DNA of 64,000 nucleotides from NCBI GenBank assembly GCA_000165345.1, contig CM000435.1, positions 896,001 to 960,000 of the forward strand, read 5' to 3'. Shown piece by piece: positions 60,078 to 64,000 of this stretch (position 1 is its first letter; each line of letters starts with the position of its first letter). The notes under the pieces were generated by a model. It saw only the letters and a program-made list of their open reading frames with translations, ran no database searches and was not told where the DNA came from. The position numbers and the translations under genes were made by a program.

Positions 60078-60495
60078 GGAATTTTTTTCCTCTATCGGTA
60101 ACTTTCCTGTTGGGTAATGTCCGGTTATGCCAAAGAGAAAATATAACTGTCCCGCTACCCCAATTACTTTTAAGAAAAAAAAAAGTGAATTAAATTAAAT
60201 AACTGAAAATTTCTCATTCTAATAAAAGAACAATGCTCCATTTTTTTTTTTTTTGAAACCCCATTTTACAGTTAGTAGTATCGGAATATCAATACTATGT
60301 TCTGCAACTAATCAATTCTTATAGGTACGGTAACAGAAATAAATTAATAATCAAAAAATATTAAGTAGAACCTAAAGCATTTAAAACAAATCATTTTCAT
60401 ATATCTTATCTATAACTCAAATATTGTCCAACTTTTCTCAATTTTCATCCTCTTTAACTTTCCATTCTTTAACTTAATAAATCATTAAAGGAAAC

Positions 60496-60504
60496 TTTGG
60501 CGCC
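60496..60504. promoter_or_regulatory. E2F-like motif TTTGGCGCC
   Basis: ~185 bp upstream of the PGAM ATG at 60684. Confidence 0.4.
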
Positions 60505-60683
60505 TTCCCCAGCATGTTATTTCCATTAAGATACATTATTACGTTAATTCCCGAGTGAGGATTAATGGGTATGTGGAATAATCTAATTATATCTAAACAT
60601 TTCTATCTTTTTTGATCTATTTGATTAATTTTAAGTTTTTTCTCAGAAGTATTGATTTAGGTAAATCCTTATTGCAAGAAAAG

Positions 60684-61433
60684 ATGACTTACAAGCTAAC
60701 ATTGATTCGTCATGGTGAAAGTGAGTGGAACAAAGAAAATAGGTTTACTGGTTGGACAGATGTTAGCCTCAGTGAGCAAGGAGTAAGCGAGGCAATTGAG
60801 GCAGGAAGAATGCTTTTAGAGAAAGGCTTCAAATTCGATGTAGTTTACACTTCAGTATTAAAGAGGGCTATTATGACTACATGGACTGTCTTAAAGGAAC
60901 TAGGTAATATTAATTGCCCAATTATTAACCACTGGAGATTAAACGAAAGACATTACGGAGCTTTGCAAGGGCTCAATAAGTCTGAAACTGCCTCCAAGTT
61001 TGGAGAGGACCAAGTCAAGATTTGGAGAAGAAGTTTTGATGTTCCTCCTCCAGTTCTTGAAAAGTCTGATCCAAGATGGCCAGGAAATGAGTTGATCTAT
61101 AAGGGTATCTGTCCCTCATGCTTACCAACAACAGAATGTTTGAAGGATACCGTTGAAAGAGTTAAGCCGTATTTCGAGGACGTAATTGCTCCTTCAATCA
61201 TGTCAGGAAAATCTGTCCTAGTTTCTGCTCATGGGAATTCCCTTAGAGCTCTTCTCTACTTGCTAGAAGGAATGACACCAGAACAAATTCTTGAGGTTAA
61301 TATTCCCACAGCATGTCCACTTGTATTGGAGCTTGACGATTATCTCAAGGTGACAAAGAAATACTATTTGATTAGCGAGGAAGAACTCAAGGCTAAGATG
61401 GAGGCTGTTGCGAATCAAGGAAAAGCTAAGTAA
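60684..61433 (+). CDS. PGAM: 2,3-bisphosphoglycerate-dependent phosphoglycerate mutase
   Basis: 250 aa from the first ATG: MTYKLTLIRHGESEWNKENRFTGWTDV...RHYGALQGLNK...SAHGNSLRAL. The track ORF at 60612 starts at a non-ATG codon. Confidence 0.85.
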   Translation: MTYKLTLIRHGESEWNKENRFTGWTDVSLSEQGVSEAIEAGRMLLEKGFKFDVVYTSVLKRAIMTTWTVLKELGNINCPIINHWRLNERHYGALQGLNKSETASKFGEDQVKIWRRSFDVPPPVLEKSDPRWPGNELIYKGICPSCLPTTECLKDTVERVKPYFEDVIAPSIMSGKSVLVSAHGNSLRALLYLLEGMTPEQILEVNIPTACPLVLELDDYLKVTKKYYLISEEELKAKMEAVANQGKAK

Positions 61434-61896
61434 AGAGGTACGAAATTTTAGTAGCCACATTATCCTCTAAAGTAACTTTAGGGCTAGAAACCACTAAGTG
61501 TTCTTTAAATCACAAAAAGTCTATTTCTGTTTATCTCAATTTGTATTTATATGAGCTGATAGATATTTTTTTATTTCAGGAGAAAATGAACACGACAAAA
61601 AGATTCAATTTTGGGAATTATTAGAATTCTAAAATAAGTCTGAAATAATAGATTTCCTGTTATTAACGGGGTAATTATACCACCCATCCCTTTTAGTATA
61701 AGAGATATATAGGACTATTAAAGTTGATAAATAAAGGAGTAGCCCTGTAACCCTATCCACTTCTTCACTGATTTAAATTCATACATTAGTATTTAAAATA
61801 AGCTTTAGGTTACTTTGTATTATACTTTAGCAAATGATGTCTAAAGTTACAAATAAATGATCAGGAGATTCTTATTTTAACGATATATGACAATAT

Positions 61897-64000
61897 TTAT
61901 TCTTGCTCTTCCTCAGACCCTTCATCACCCTCAGTAGCAACTGTTGAATCAGAAAAACTTTCTTCATCCTTTTGTGCAGAGGATGTCTTTGGCTTGTAAT
62001 TTCCCTCACTCTCATGTTCTGCAACCAAAGATTGGTCTGAAGCGCTTAAGTATTTCATTGGCTTTGAATATAATTGGTAAATTGAAGCTAAATTCTTAAT
62101 CTTCAAAATCTTCTTTTCGTGCGATAAGAATCCTTTCCATGTAACTAATGCCTGATTATCAGCAAATACAGGGAAAACTGAACCTAATCGTTTAGATAAA
62201 GTATCTGAAATGGTTTGTTCATCATCAGAAAATGCTGAAACTGCTGAGAAAATACCACAGATAGTGTTTGTGTAGATTGGAATGGTTGATCCCTTAACCA
62301 TCTTATTAAGGATTTGCTCAGAGAAGTAAGCAAATAATTGGGAACGATTAACCAAAGGAACCGATAATCCATCGCATTTCTTTGCCAAGTCAGTTGCAAC
62401 ACATTTGCCTTCTGGAGTAGTAGCTTTACACCATGCACTGTGTGCTTTAACCTTGGATTCGAAGATAACTGAATCCTCGAGTGAATAAGGTCTATGAATG
62501 GCATGATCTTTCTCTAATAAGAAAATCTCTCTGATCTCAGCAAATCCGTAGATCTTTGTAGTTGATAAATCACTTGAAGGCAATAATTTGTAACCAGATT
62601 TGGAGCAAATATCAACCAAGACATTATCTGCAACATCCTCCCATTCTTGTACATGGAGACCAAAAACGGCCTTAATTGACTCAGCGCACTGTTGAGCAGA
62701 GGAATTCTCGAATGGATTGAGTTCTTGTAAAGTGTAAGAAACTTCAGAACAAACATCACGATAAATCTTAGAATCAACGCCTTTTGCGAGAGGGGATGCT
62801 GAAATGGCTTCCTGAAGAGCTTCTGACTTATGGATAGCAGCCCCAAATAATCTTGAAGTGTATGGAGCAACTTTTGGGAAGGATCTCAAGTTATAATGAG
62901 CAGCAATCTCAGTTGGGTTCATTAAAGCCAAGTTCAAAGGTCTCAAATCAACTGCTGGTAATGATGGCATCTTGAAGATTCCTGAACATATTTCCTTTCT
63001 AATGAACTCATCTAATCCTACTTCATTTCTCAAAGCAACAGTAGCTCTCAAAACGGATGCACACTGAACATCGTTTCTCATCTCATCATACATAGTGATC
63101 AATATTCTTAATCCTAAGCAAGCATCCTCAACAAAAGCAAACCTGCCTCTTTCTCTTAATTTGGATGCAGCACGAACTGCCATATCATACAATTTACCAG
63201 ATCCCATAGTGGAAAGTAATCCAAACTTGTAAGGTTCCCTTCCATACTGTTGAAGTGCCAAGCATTCGTTAGTATCTCTGAACAAGCCACTTGGTTTGAT
63301 TGGAAGTACTCTTCCTAATTCGCTAGCACCATGTCTATCAGTGCGTTGCATTAATACTGGACCAGTTAAAGTAGCAGATTTACCCCATAATGGTGCATCA
63401 GTTGGAACGTGTCTTCTGAAACGGCTTGCTTTTTCAAATGGTCCTTTTCCAGATTCAATAGGATGAGTGGGGAAGCTTGGAATTCCGGAAACAATCTTCT
63501 CTGGTAAGACATATCCTGGGATCTTGGAGGCCTTGTATGGGCCAATCAAATGCCAGTATGTATCCGCAATATCGCGGATGATAATTCTTTGTGGTCTGAA
63601 TCTCTGCAAAGTACGGACACTTTCAGCCAACATGGGTGGCAACATTCTAGATCCTTGCCATCCAATAGCCTGAACAACCAAATCTCCACCTGCAAATCTA
63701 ATGGCACTGACTGGCCAAAATCCTGCAGCCTTTTCGACCAATAATTTACCTTCAATTGAAGAGGAGCCGCCAGTGCTACTCTGTAAAAGTCCTCCTAAAC
63801 CAGGATGCTCTGGAGTTGGAATCATTGTAATAGGTGGAGTAATAAATACACGATAACCTCTTGATGCTAAATCCAAGGCTCTTCCTTGAACTTCCAATGT
63901 GTTCCTTGACTTGGAGCTGATCCACATTTGGTGCCCCCCACTCTTAACCTTTCTAAAACGTTCATGAACTGGGTTCATGTCAGTTGGAGCTTGCAATGAG
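61897..64000 (-). CDS. Hypothetical large protein, partial (N-terminus beyond window end), acidic C-terminal tail
   Basis: Open frame runs to the window edge. Normal complexity. C-terminus D/E/S-rich. No family assigned. Confidence 0.5.
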   Translation of the reverse strand, partial: SLQAPTDMNPVHERFRKVKSGGHQMWISSKSRNTLEVQGRALDLASRGYRVFITPPITMIPTPEHPGLGGLLQSSTGGSSSIEGKLLVEKAAGFWPVSAIRFAGGDLVVQAIGWQGSRMLPPMLAESVRTLQRFRPQRIIIRDIADTYWHLIGPYKASKIPGYVLPEKIVSGIPSFPTHPIESGKGPFEKASRFRRHVPTDAPLWGKSATLTGPVLMQRTDRHGASELGRVLPIKPSGLFRDTNECLALQQYGREPYKFGLLSTMGSGKLYDMAVRAASKLRERGRFAFVEDACLGLRILITMYDEMRNDVQCASVLRATVALRNEVGLDEFIRKEICSGIFKMPSLPAVDLRPLNLALMNPTEIAAHYNLRSFPKVAPYTSRLFGAAIHKSEALQEAISASPLAKGVDSKIYRDVCSEVSYTLQELNPFENSSAQQCAESIKAVFGLHVQEWEDVADNVLVDICSKSGYKLLPSSDLSTTKIYGFAEIREIFLLEKDHAIHRPYSLEDSVIFESKVKAHSAWCKATTPEGKCVATDLAKKCDGLSVPLVNRSQLFAYFSEQILNKMVKGSTIPIYTNTICGIFSAVSAFSDDEQTISDTLSKRLGSVFPVFADNQALVTWKGFLSHEKKILKIKNLASIYQLYSKPMKYLSASDQSLVAEHESEGNYKPKTSSAQKDEESFSDSTVATEGDEGSEEEQE

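Overview
The window is eukaryotic, not prokaryotic. It is AT-rich and gene-dense, with short introns (41-99 nt, GTAAGT donors) and short intergenic spacers. The genes are ordinary eukaryotic housekeeping genes: spliceosome, SRP, coatomer, CCT, prohibitin, SERCA, FCP1, Sec61 and ATG8. The content matches a Cryptosporidium-type apicomplexan chromosome, most likely the C. parvum/hominis chromosome-7 region that carries the gp900 mucin. That assignment is an inference from the gene content. I find no CRISPR array, no mobile element, no prokaryote-style defence island and no rRNA. I call about 40 protein-coding genes. Nine of them need splicing that a plain ORF track cannot show: SmG, ATG8, GET3, Yos1/IER3IP1, a GalNAc-transferase-like gene with a hidden lectin exon, zeta-COP, Sec61-gamma, an EMC5/MMGT1-like gene and a possible unresolved small gene. 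There is one tRNA-Gly(CCC) with a Pol III T-run terminator. The dominant feature is a ~5.8 kb single-exon giant mucin (gp900-like) that contains very long (ACN)n poly-threonine codon arrays. Findings worth follow-up: (1) a divergent ppGalNAc-T paralogue that has lost the catalytic DxH/DxD signatures but keeps a spliced ricin-B-like lectin exon, plus a canonical ppGalNAc-T ~24 kb from the mucin; (2) several micro-exon genes for very small ER/trafficking proteins that are invisible as ORFs; (3) a recurring E2F-like TTTGGCGCCA / TTAGGCGGGAAA motif 60-370 bp upstream of most start codons; (4) an unusual FHA + RING-CH protein; (5) a tRNA-Gly embedded in the mucin gene's upstream region.
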